Shown piece by piece: positions 10,475 to 21,400 of a DNA stretch of 64,000 nt. The notes under the pieces are model-generated. The model saw only the letters and a program-made list of their open reading frames with translations. It was not told where the DNA came from and did no database searches. The stretch covers positions 174,048 to 238,047 of IMG/VR virus record IMGVR_UViG_3300024350_000252. One strand, 5' to 3'. The translations under genes were made by a program, and so were the position numbers. Position 1 is the first letter of the stretch. Each line of letters opens with the position of its first letter.

Positions 10475-11431
10475 ATGGAACAGCAACAACCAACACAGCG
10501 ATCAAAAGCCTTTTTCTTAAATGGCGGCGCTGGCAGAGTTCTATGCTCTATCCCGGCATTAGAAAAATACGAAGAAGAATCAGGGGATAAAGATTTCATC
10601 ATAGTGTGCGAAGGTGGTACGGAAGTGTTCAAAGGACATCCTACACTAGACAGCAGAACATATGACAATTGGCACAAGAATCTTTTTGTAGAAAAAATCA
10701 AAGATCGCGATTGTGTAACACCCGAGCCTTATAGAGTTTGGGAATATTACAATCAAAAATGCGATCTAGCACAGGCATTTGATATCGAAATCAATAGAAA
10801 AGGCATTAGAGAATTACCTAAACCTAATCTAAGATTGAGCAAAGACGAATTGTTAGTAGGTAGACAGCTAATCGCCGACGTCAAGAAAAAAATCAAGAAA
10901 GAAAAAATCATAGTTTTCCAACCATTTGGCCGAGGCATAGACTATGTCGATGGTTCTTTTGTAGATCGTACTAACAGAAGCTTTGAATTTAAAGATGTAA
11001 AATCAATCATACGAAAACTTCAAGAAGCCAATTACGGTGTCGTAATGATGGGAGAAATGCGGCTCGATCTTACCAGCGAAAAACTAAAAGATGATGTAGC
11101 AGCACCAGAAAACACTACCATAAGACAGTGGGCAGCTATCATCAAATACGCAGATCATTTCTTGGGCTGTGACAGTGTGGGTCAACACCTAGCCTATATC
11201 GTAGGCAAACAATCTACTGTAGTATTCGGATCTACATATCCAGTTAACGTGTCTTACCCTAATTGTAAGTACATGAATCTTCTAGATATGGCTGAAGAAA
11301 TAAGAGAATATAGTCCTATCAGGATTACACTAGACGAACGTATTGATAGAAAACTAGAAGGAGTTATGTCCATGACTCCGGAAATTGTTGATTATGTAGT
11401 GAATGCTGTTTTAGGGAAGAAACAAAAATGA
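10475..11431 (+). CDS. GT9-like (heptosyltransferase-type, GT-B fold) glycosyltransferase
   Basis: N-terminal NGGAGRVLCSIPAL and C-terminal AAIIKYADHFLGCDSVGQHLA..STVVFGST match the GT9 pattern. Confidence 0.7.
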   Translation: MEQQQPTQRSKAFFLNGGAGRVLCSIPALEKYEEESGDKDFIIVCEGGTEVFKGHPTLDSRTYDNWHKNLFVEKIKDRDCVTPEPYRVWEYYNQKCDLAQAFDIEINRKGIRELPKPNLRLSKDELLVGRQLIADVKKKIKKEKIIVFQPFGRGIDYVDGSFVDRTNRSFEFKDVKSIIRKLQEANYGVVMMGEMRLDLTSEKLKDDVAAPENTTIRQWAAIIKYADHFLGCDSVGQHLAYIVGKQSTVVFGSTYPVNVSYPNCKYMNLLDMAEEIREYSPIRITLDERIDRKLEGVMSMTPEIVDYVVNAVLGKKQK

Positions 11432-13242
11432 GTGAAAGCAAGAATCCAATGTTAAACACTGGCTGGATCGCAGCCATAGCTAGAGGTCATAATTCAGGTA
11501 TCTGTCTATTCAAAGACGGAGAGATCGTTTTTTCTGCTGAAGAAGAAAGATTTACCAGACAGAAATACGACGGCGGTCCGTATGCTTCGATGATGAAAAT
11601 CAAAGAATACACAGACAAAATCGATTATCTAGTAGTAGCACACACACAAAAATTAAATGAAACTGCGGGTCGTGTTGACTATTCTGGTGATGATGTATAC
11701 ACAGGATTAGCTCGTAAGATGAATCTTATTGATCGAAAAGCTGATTTACATAATCATCCTCAAGTAATTGACCTTAGTTTTATGCATCATAAGCTACACG
11801 CTGCTTGTGCGTTTTATCGTTCGGGATTTGATGATGCTGTAGCATTGATTGTAGATGGTGCCGGTACTTTCATCCAGATGTCTTATGCTAACCAACCTAT
11901 ATGGGTATGGGAAGTAGAAAGTATCGTAGACTGTTCATATCCATCAAAGTTCAAAACTTTGTACAAGCATTATGGTACTAGAGAGCCTATTGCTGGTGCT
12001 ATCGAAACTAGCATTCCGTCTGATCAGTACGGTGAAGTAAATGATTTTCATGCTGCCGTATTATCAGACAGAGCAGGTATCGTTAAGACTTACGAAGCAG
12101 TCACAGAATATTGTGGGTTCAGTGCTATCGAAGCAGGCAAGACTATGGGATTGTTCCCATACGGACAGAAAAACGATAAGATTCCTCCATTGTTTGATTT
12201 TACATCTAAGGTACCCTTATCAAACAGAAATGTTATAGTTCCAGCATATCCTTCGTCTGCTAGAGTCAACGCACAACTATTTGATTATTTGGACGAAGAA
12301 ATTCCAGAAGGAGTAGATCCTACTAAATTACAAAGTCGTAGAGATTTGGCTTATGCTTGTCAAACACAGACTCAAGACCAAGTAGTGAGATTGATACGAA
12401 AAGCTGTAGAAATTAGCGGCAAGAAGAAAGTAGTGATCAGCGGTGGCTATGGTCTTAACTGTGTGGCCAATTATCATTATCTAGAAGCATTGAAAGACGG
12501 GGGTATCGAAATTTATGTAGAACCTATCTCTAACGATGCCGGAACAGCTATGGGAGCAGGACTGATGTTTTGGCATGCCATGACTGACAACACAGACATA
12601 CAGAAACTAGATACCCTTTACCTCGGACCTAAGTACGAATATACACAGGAAGAAATTGCGGAAAAGGTCAAGTACGCAGGTGGCGAGTTGACAGACGCTA
12701 CCAATGAACAAGTAGTAGAACTGCTACGTTCTAAGAATATCGTGACGATCTTCCAAGGTAGATCAGAAAACGGTCCGAGGGCCCTAGGCAATAGAAGTGT
12801 TTTATTTGATCCTACATTTCCAGATGGAAAGGATTTTGTAAACACTGTCAAACGTCGAGAATATTTCCGTCCTTTTGCGGGCAGCATTATACATGATGTT
12901 GTACATGATTGGTTTGATCTGCGCGGCATGGATGAAAGTCCTCACATGATGTATGCTGTAAACTGTAAGCCCGGAATCGCAGAAAAGATACCCAGCATCA
13001 TACACGTAGACGGTACCTGTAGAATACAGACTGTAAAACGTGAGCAAAATCCTCATTATTATGATTTGATCAAGGCTTTTTATACAGCTACAGGAATTCC
13101 TATCCTGTTTAATACCAGCTTTAATTTGGGCGGTGATCCGCTAGTAGAAACACTAGATGATGCTATAGATACCTTGATACGCAGCGATATAGAGTATCTG
13201 TACCTGCCAGAATACGGCAAACTGATCAAAATAGCCAACTGA
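11428..13242 (+). CDS. Carbamoyltransferase, NodU/CmcH/TobZ family (full length, Kae1-like plus YrdC-like domains)
   Basis: EEERFTR, HHKLHAACAF, VDGAG, GKTMGL, GGYGLNCVAN, NDAGTAMGA, GPRALGNRS, KRREYFRPFA, HVDGTCRIQTV, NTSFN; ATGA overlap with the GT gene. Confidence 0.95.
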   Translation: MSESKNPMLNTGWIAAIARGHNSGICLFKDGEIVFSAEEERFTRQKYDGGPYASMMKIKEYTDKIDYLVVAHTQKLNETAGRVDYSGDDVYTGLARKMNLIDRKADLHNHPQVIDLSFMHHKLHAACAFYRSGFDDAVALIVDGAGTFIQMSYANQPIWVWEVESIVDCSYPSKFKTLYKHYGTREPIAGAIETSIPSDQYGEVNDFHAAVLSDRAGIVKTYEAVTEYCGFSAIEAGKTMGLFPYGQKNDKIPPLFDFTSKVPLSNRNVIVPAYPSSARVNAQLFDYLDEEIPEGVDPTKLQSRRDLAYACQTQTQDQVVRLIRKAVEISGKKKVVISGGYGLNCVANYHYLEALKDGGIEIYVEPISNDAGTAMGAGLMFWHAMTDNTDIQKLDTLYLGPKYEYTQEEIAEKVKYAGGELTDATNEQVVELLRSKNIVTIFQGRSENGPRALGNRSVLFDPTFPDGKDFVNTVKRREYFRPFAGSIIHDVVHDWFDLRGMDESPHMMYAVNCKPGIAEKIPSIIHVDGTCRIQTVKREQNPHYYDLIKAFYTATGIPILFNTSFNLGGDPLVETLDDAIDTLIRSDIEYLYLPEYGKLIKIAN

Positions 13243-13267
13243 AAAAAGCCCCGCAAGGGGCTTTTTT
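13242..13267. terminator. Bidirectional rho-independent terminator
   Basis: AAAAAAGCCCC-GCAA-GGGGCTTTTTT. Confidence 0.9.
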
Positions 13268-13311
13268 ATTATGTCCGAAATCAGTTAAATACATAATACA
13301 AGAGAGTGACC

Positions 13312-14859
13312 ATGACTGATTTCAACAAGTTTTTTAACATAGACGTAAAGAACACATTAGGGTTAAAAAACGGGGTGAACTTTAACTATAAAGGGCCCTG
13401 GGTACAGGTCTATGAAAATACAGAACTAGATCGTTGGTATGTTGGTGATTTTGCCAGCGCCAATTATCATATTTCTATCGAATTCAACTCTAACAAAAAA
13501 GAAACATTATCAGTTTTAGTAGTTGCCCGCCCAGGGTATGCCAACTATACAGTTTACGGGCGTGTGGCTATCGACGATGAATTAGTTGATATATCTGCGG
13601 TGGTTAATAATAACCATCTATCTTTGATATTGAATCCAAAAGTAGCAGCATACAAAGGTATGCGAGCAATATTTACAGCCACATATGCTGGTACGTTGAC
13701 CGCACTATCTATACCTGCTACCCCGACATTTTTAGTCCCAGATACTAGTCCAAATTCAGGCAGCGGAACTCCTGGTACCGGCAGTTCGGCTATAGATCTA
13801 ACCAGCATCACTACAGATGTAGTACCTTTAGATACCGGAGTTAAAGACCTAGGCAAAACAGGAAAACGCTGGAGAGATCTTTTCATCAGCGGAAATTTAA
13901 ACATCAATGGCGCTATCATTGGTGCTTCTAACAATGCTGTCGATTTACCAACAGGTAGCACTATCGGCGGATCTACGTTAAAATCTTTTTCTACGGTTTC
14001 GGTAGCAGGACAAAACAGTATAACAACTTCTTTAGTAGGTGACAGTTTTACTATAGCAGCAGGAACTGGTATTTCTTTAACCACCGATTCTATTAATAAA
14101 GTATTAACTATAACCAACACAGGATCCGGCAGCAGCAGTGGTGGAACTACAGTTTCTGCGTCAGGTTTTGGCATCATAGCGGTTTCTGGACAGAACAATG
14201 TGTTGGCTACTAGATCGACAGACTCAGTACAGTTCATAGCCGGTAGTGGTATGACTATTACCACTAACCCTACGAACAAAACGATAACTTTTGTGTCATC
14301 GGGCGGAAGTGGTGGCAGTGGCGGAACAGCAACACAGGCCATAATCAATGAAATCACGACAGGTGAATATCCGATGGTGCTAGCTGCCGGTATCGATCCT
14401 TTGTCTGGCAAGGCTCTTTATGCTAACACAAACTATAAGCTCAATATCGATACCGGCGTATTAAGTGTATCGTCTACTAGTTCTCGATGGGCAGACTTAG
14501 CAGAAAATTATCTAGCTGATCGAGACTATGCTCCGGGTACCGTTGTAGAATTTGGTGGACAATTAGAAATTACCCAAGCTGGCGTAGTATCAAAAAAGAT
14601 AGCAGGAATCATATCAACTAGACCGGCACACCTCATGAATGGAGAATTGAAAGGCGAGTATGTAAAACCTGTAGCACTAGCAGGAAGAGTTCCGTGTAAA
14701 GTAACAGGTAAGGTTAAAAAAGGTGACATGATGGTCAGTGCCGGGGGCGGAAAAGCCAAGGCATCTTCTAATCCCGAAATAGGCTCAGTTATCGGAAAAG
14801 CATTAGAAGATTTTGATGGGGTTGACGGTACGATAGAAGTCGTAGTCGGTAGAATTTGA
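13312..14859 (+). CDS. Tail fibre/spike protein with C-terminal Peptidase-G2-like intramolecular chaperone domain
   Basis: WADLAENY..PGTVVEFGG..AGIIST.PAHLMN..VALAGRVPCKVTG..IGKALEDF; two SGQN..DSxxFxAGxGxxxTT repeats; ATG at 13312 preferred over GTG at 13306. Confidence 0.8.
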   Translation: MTDFNKFFNIDVKNTLGLKNGVNFNYKGPWVQVYENTELDRWYVGDFASANYHISIEFNSNKKETLSVLVVARPGYANYTVYGRVAIDDELVDISAVVNNNHLSLILNPKVAAYKGMRAIFTATYAGTLTALSIPATPTFLVPDTSPNSGSGTPGTGSSAIDLTSITTDVVPLDTGVKDLGKTGKRWRDLFISGNLNINGAIIGASNNAVDLPTGSTIGGSTLKSFSTVSVAGQNSITTSLVGDSFTIAAGTGISLTTDSINKVLTITNTGSGSSSGGTTVSASGFGIIAVSGQNNVLATRSTDSVQFIAGSGMTITTNPTNKTITFVSSGGSGGSGGTATQAIINEITTGEYPMVLAAGIDPLSGKALYANTNYKLNIDTGVLSVSSTSSRWADLAENYLADRDYAPGTVVEFGGQLEITQAGVVSKKIAGIISTRPAHLMNGELKGEYVKPVALAGRVPCKVTGKVKKGDMMVSAGGGKAKASSNPEIGSVIGKALEDFDGVDGTIEVVVGRI

Positions 14860-14889
14860 TCAAATAAATATAGGGCTAGCGGGTAAAAA

Positions 14890-15438
14890 ATGACTACAAA
14901 CAGCAAAAGATTAAGCTCAGATTATGGATTTAAAAGTCCTGGATTTTCTGTAGATTCAAACGGAAACATCACCGGTACCAGTTTAGGTATAAAAGGTGTA
15001 AGTATCATCGATAGCACAGGAGCATTGACATCCAACGTCAAAATTACTTCTATCGAAGTCCTGGGATCTTTACAAAATCTCGATGTCAATGGCAATGTAA
15101 ACATACGTAATGGCAGTGTTTCTAGACTGTCAGTTAACGCAGGAAGAGTAGTGATCAAAAGTGGTACTACTGGCACTATCGACAATATGAATATCGGTAC
15201 TATAACACCTGGAACAGTATCAACATATAATCTCAGTATAGTCAATAATGGCTCTAGTCCAGGTAATCTCAATGTCAGTGGCGCAGATATAGTAGCTAAT
15301 AATGCTACAATTTCGGGTAATATAATTGCCACAGGCTATATCTTGTTAGCCAATAGTCCAACCGCAGCCACTCACGCAGTTAGAAAAGACTATGTGGATT
15401 CTAGCGCGATTACATACGCAGTAGCTTTTGGAGCATAA
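14890..15438 (+). CDS. Fibre-like virion protein (182 aa)
   Basis: C-terminal PTAATHAVRKDYVD fibre motif; ATAAATA at 14864-14870. Confidence 0.65.
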   Translation: MTTNSKRLSSDYGFKSPGFSVDSNGNITGTSLGIKGVSIIDSTGALTSNVKITSIEVLGSLQNLDVNGNVNIRNGSVSRLSVNAGRVVIKSGTTGTIDNMNIGTITPGTVSTYNLSIVNNGSSPGNLNVSGADIVANNATISGNIIATGYILLANSPTAATHAVRKDYVDSSAITYAVAFGA

Positions 15439-15445
15439 GTAAAAG

Positions 15446-18400
15446 ATGGCAAAGAAAAAAATAGACAACTATGTGTTTAGACCGGGTATAGGCTATAACA
15501 GCTATCTATATCCCAATGCTTATGCTTCTCTAAATAACAACTTAAATTTTATACAGGCAGAAGTAACAGCATACTTAGACTACAAAATAGCTCAAGACAC
15601 TGCGGTCAATTTGCTGCCTAATGCTGTAGCACTATTGACTAATAATAGACTTTGGTTAGCCAATGAAATAACAGCCTATATCGCATATAATGTTAGTCAA
15701 GGTACTCCAGGGTTTACTGGTCGAACTTATGATGCTGCTAAATGTACCAGCGACGTATCTAAAGTTATTACCGCATATATAAACGATTTACGATATGGCG
15801 GAAATGAAAATACTATAACGGCTATTTCATATTATTGGGTAGGTTCTGTTCCGCAGATTGCCGGCACAAGATTTTTAGAAATAGCAGGATATACCTATCT
15901 AAAATCTCTGATAGCTAATTATGTGTTTACAAGAACAGCACCTCCCACAGTCTATCAATCAGGAACAGGTCTGACCCAAAACACATCAGGCTCAAATGCT
16001 GAATCATCAGCGGTAACTAAGATGAATGTTCTAACACAGAACACTATCGATGTTATTACTAGCGGATTGGGCAGCTTGCCGGCTACACAGTTAAAGACAG
16101 CTACATTTGCCAACTATACCTATGATTCTCAGTTGTGTATCAGAGATTTAAATTTTGTATTAAATGCCTATCTACATGATATACGTTACGGCGGCAATGA
16201 ACAGACTGTCTATGTTGTAGGATTTTACTGGAACGGTACAGTTGCGCAAGTTAACGGAAGTAGACAACCGGAAATACAAGCACACACCTATGTCTATCAA
16301 TTGATAGCCAATTATATTATTAAAAATCTTCAGACACCTACGCCTTATCAAGGTATAGTACCGCAGGTTATCGTACCGTCGTTGACATACGAAAGTGCGG
16401 CTGGCGCACAAGTCACTTATCTAGGTTCTACACTAGTTTCGGTTATTGCTAATGGGTTGTCTTCTTTACCGTCTATAATTCCAGCTACTAATGGACAGTT
16501 AAAAATACAAGGTAATTACACCTTAAGTGATTTCCTATTAATTACTAATACAACCACTAACACCATTATCTATAACTTTACTAATCCTGCCAACGGCGGT
16601 GTTATAGTTACTAACAGTTCAGAATTTTCTGATCCTATGGTTAACAGTGGCGGCAACTTCCCCGATAATCCTATCACAGATAGTGATTTCCCTCAGTTTA
16701 GGCAGATAACAGATACAGTAACATTCATAGAATTTATATCAGATACTTCATCTATGAGCAGCACAGACAGTCTACAGATATTTGTAGAAGTGCCAGAGCT
16801 TACTGTAAGGCCATACGATTTTGGAACTGATGCTATCGAGCGTATGCGTGTGGCTACACCACAGTCCATGCTTGACGCTGACTTTGAATACGGACTTCAG
16901 CCTACCAAGTGGCAAGCTATAGCTATGGCTAGAGGATACCCTAGCATATACGAAATTCCTGGAACAGATCAGAATCTAATTTCTATTATAACTGATGCTT
17001 CAACAGGCACCAGTGGTGTAGGTGGCAGTCTTATCACTGTTACCACTGCTAGCAATCACGGATTTAGCACAGGACAACCTATAACAGTGAGAGGTCTAGA
17101 TCCTTCTGTGTTTGGTTTTGCTAGAGCAGAAGGTAGTTATATCATCACGGCTGTACCAACGACAAAAAGTTTTTCATATTATGCCAAAGCAAAAGTAGGT
17201 ACTGTTGCCAGCACATCGTTATTAACAACCTATACTAGTGTAAGACAGGGTGGGTTTTTTACCGGAGCTGAAATAGGTACGCCATCTTTTACTGTGCTCA
17301 GCAACGGATCTACAGGTACTGTTACTACAGTATTTGCGACCAATTCTGGCAGTAACAGGTTTGCGTTCACTACCGCAGGTGCTCCATCTATTGGTGCTCC
17401 AATCTCCGGAACTGGTATTCCTACAGGATCACAGATAACCAGTATCGTGGGTTCAGGTGGAGTTATTGTTACTCCTATATTAACTTCAGATTATCTAGCA
17501 GGAGTTTCGGAAATAGATGTTGCTAGTACAGCAAACATTCTCATCGGTGAAGCAGTAAACAATGGTGTAGGCACAGCTATATTTGTCACAGCAATCAACA
17601 ATAATACTTTGACATTCAGCGCACCTTTCCAGGCACCTTTAATAGGAAATACAGTGACTTATTCTACTGTATCAGGCACTAATATTGTTGGAACAGGTAA
17701 TGGTGCTACTTTCAATGTGACTAGGAATTCTACAGTTGATTATACTGTAGCTGTCAACGCAGCCGGTACTGGTTATGCTGTTGGAGATACTATAAAAATC
17801 CTCGGCAGCAATGTAGGTGGAGTCACACCAGTCCACGATTTCTATGTCACTGTTTCTGGATTATCTGGCAGCGGTATACTAACAGTAAACATAACCGGAG
17901 GAGTTGCTAATCCTATTGATAACCAAACTATTTCGGCAGATAACACTGTCTATACGACTGCTAGCACCGGAACTAATGCTGTATTTTCAGTGACACGCGG
18001 AGTATCAGCTTACACCGTTAACATCACCAATGGTGGCAGTGGCTATAGTATCAATGAAACTTTTACAATCTTAGGAACAGCATTTACCTTTGGTGCTACG
18101 ACTGCCAATGATGTTACTATAACAGTAGTAGATGTTTCTGCGTCATACACGGGTGTCAGTGGTACAGTTTCACCAGCAGGTGGTAATGGAGCTACTTTCA
18201 ATGTTACTAGAGTAAACGCAGTCTATACATTGGTCACCTTGGTTAATCCTGGAACTAACTATTCTCTAGGCGATACTATCACTATATTAGGAACAGATCT
18301 AGGTGGTACTACCACGACTAACGATCTTACCATATCAGTGTCAGGAATTGGTGTCACAGGTAATGTGGCGTCATTTACGTTCTCAGGTACAGCCGGCGGG

Positions 18401-21400
18401 ACTGGAGCGGTAGCCACTATCAGTGTCTCAGGCACAGCTAACTCGATCACGACTTATTCGGCTGTTTCTGGAACTAACGTAGAATCACAAGGATCACTAG
18501 CAAGTTTCAACATCACACGACAGACGTCGCTTTACTCTTCGGTCACGCTAGCAACTAATGGTATAGGCTATGCTACTGGAAATAGAATATTAATATTAGG
18601 AACAGCTCTAGGAGGAGCAAGTCCTGCTAACGATCTAGTTATAACTGTCGGTTCTGTCAACGGTGTCGGAGTTATATCTACAGTGTCGTATGATACGGGA
18701 CAAGCAGCAGCAGGTGGCACCACTTTTGCTCTTTATTCTACCATTACATTCAGTGACGTTACATCGCAAGCAGTGCCAGCTAGCACATCTATCAATTATG
18801 CAGCACTGGCTACTATACGTGTTGACTTTGCTAATTACCACGGATTCGTACCAGGTAGCTCGATCATTGTAGCGGTCACTTCAGATAACGGAGTGAACAA
18901 TCACAATCTTGCCGGCGGTAGTTATTTTATTACACAGGTACCAACAGCGACATCGATACAATTTTTTGCTAGAGCAGCGGGAACTATTACAGGCACGATA
19001 CTTGGTAGAGTTTATGCTAGACCCGACAGCTTCTTTGTACACAGACCGTTCGACGGTGGTGTACAGCTAGGCACCAGCGGACCACAACATGGCGCACAGG
19101 CTATACGTCAAAGCAAGAAATATATTCGTTATCAATCAGGTAAAGGTATCATGTATACTACAGGTGCGTTATTCGCGCCCAGTTATACATTACAAAGTGC
19201 TACAGCATCACCTAATGTAGAAGTAGGAACTATACTAACATTTACCACAGACGACACTGATCATGGTCTACAGATAAATGGTAGGATCAGAATATCAGGA
19301 ATAACTACACCTGGTTATGATGGGGATTATGACGTTTATAATATTGTCAACGAAAGAACTTTCCAAGTAGTGTCATTATATAGATTAGGTTCTCAAACAG
19401 CACAGTTAGGTAATGACGCAGTCGTTTCTGTCTTGAACTGGCAAGGTGCTGCTGTTCGAGCAGGCACATTTGACGACCAAAATGGAATTTTTTGGGAATA
19501 CGACGGAGCAAATCTATGGGCAGTACAAAGATCAGCTACCAAACAGCTAGCAGGTACTGTAGCAGCAATACCCAATAGTAATTTAATCACAGGAACTAAC
19601 ACTAGATTTAGAGATCAATTAAAAGCCGGCGATACTCTGGTAATACGTGGTATGACCCATGTAGTGACTTCAGTCGTTGATCAAACTACTATGTATGTAA
19701 CTCCTGATTATCGAGGAGTTAACAACGTAAGCGGAGCTAAGATCTGTGCGGTTACAGAAAAACGTGTTCCACAATATCAATGGAATATCGATAGGCTAGA
19801 TGGTAGAGGTCCTAGCGGATATAAACTAGACATCACAAAGATGCAGATGATCGGATTACAATGGTCATGGTATGGTGCTGGTTTTATCGATTGGATGTTA
19901 AGAGGATCGAACGGTAATTTCATATTCTGCCATAGAATGAGAAATTCCAATGTTAACTACGAAGCATACATGCGAACTGGTAACATGCCTGTTCGTTACG
20001 AAGTACAGAATTATACAAAAAATGCCGCGTTAGCAGCAGATATGACTGCTACACAAAATACCATAGTCTTAGATGATGCTACGACATTTCCTACATTCGG
20101 AACTGTCTATATCGATAATGAATTGATGTACTACAGCGGTAAAACCAATAACACACTGACTGGTGTTACCAGACAAGCTCAACTGAATAATTTTACAGCA
20201 GGAGCAGCAAGAAGTTATACAGCAGGACCTTCTACTACACACAGCACAAGAACCGGAGTAGTACTAGTCAGTAACACCGTAACTCCTCAGATTAGCCACT
20301 GGGGTTCTGCGATGATCACTGATGGAAGATTCGATGAGGATAGAGGATATTTGTTCAGCTATACCAGTTCAGGAACTAGTATTTCCACTACTAAAGTCAC
20401 TGCGTTCTTGATTAGATTGGCTCCTAGCGTTAGTAACGCGGTAGTAGGAGATCTTGGTGATAGAGAGTTGATTAATAGAGCTCAGTTATTGCTACAAGAA
20501 ATTTCTATCACGACAGAAGCTAACGCTTCGGGCGGTGTAGTTATCGAAGGTATATTAAATCCGCAAAACTATCCAACTAACCCCGGCGATATCACTTGGG
20601 GTGGATTGAGTGGTCTGTCACAAGGTGGTCAGCCAAGCTTCGCACAGATCGCTCCTGGTGGTTCTGTAAACTGGAACGGTGGTGCTACTACAACTACTGC
20701 TACGATAACAGTGATTAATCCGATTACTACTACCGTTACTGTGCCTACTGGCACAGCATTCAATAGATCTAGCGGTACCAGTTTCTTCTATGTAACTAAA
20801 ACATCATGGGATACTGCTGGAGCATTCAATGGCATCAATATCAGCGATGGTAAATTTACCACAACCGGTACCAAGGTTTCTAGCGTTACTGCTAGCCCGG
20901 CACCCCAGGCTACCACTTTACCTCTAGTCGTGGGATCGGCTACTATAGCTTTCTCCCAAAGTAATAATCAAAATGTACAATATTTTACACAGACTAGTTG
21001 GCAAAATCTAAACGCAAAGGTCGGATATAGTGTATACACATTAGATAATTCATTCCCATCTGGTACAACTATAACACAGATACAGGGACCTTTTAATTTT
21101 TCAGGAATCAACTATTATCAAGTAACCTTTAGCCAACTGTCTCAGCAGCAGAAAAATCAAGGATCGACTGTACAATTCCAATTTGGTGGCACAGTGAATG
21201 CTGGTACACAGACTCTGTATTTTACACAAAGTTCTTGGGCAGCAAGACCTATAGATACTACCACAGGACAGACCACAAACAGCATTTATTTTACCAACGG
21301 TACTACCATAAGCACAATAGGTAGTTTAGATACGTTTGCTGGGTCTGGATTCTTTCCAGTAACATTTAGTACCGGTACACTCACTTCAGTGGCCGGTGCC

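Noticed and set aside
13554-14411. 285-aa antisense ORF, and similar ones at 30469-31020, 14922-15332, 31102-31485, 53540-53941 and elsewhere
   Set aside because: Shadow frames opposite well-supported genes; their composition mirrors the sense codon bias; no SD or promoter support.
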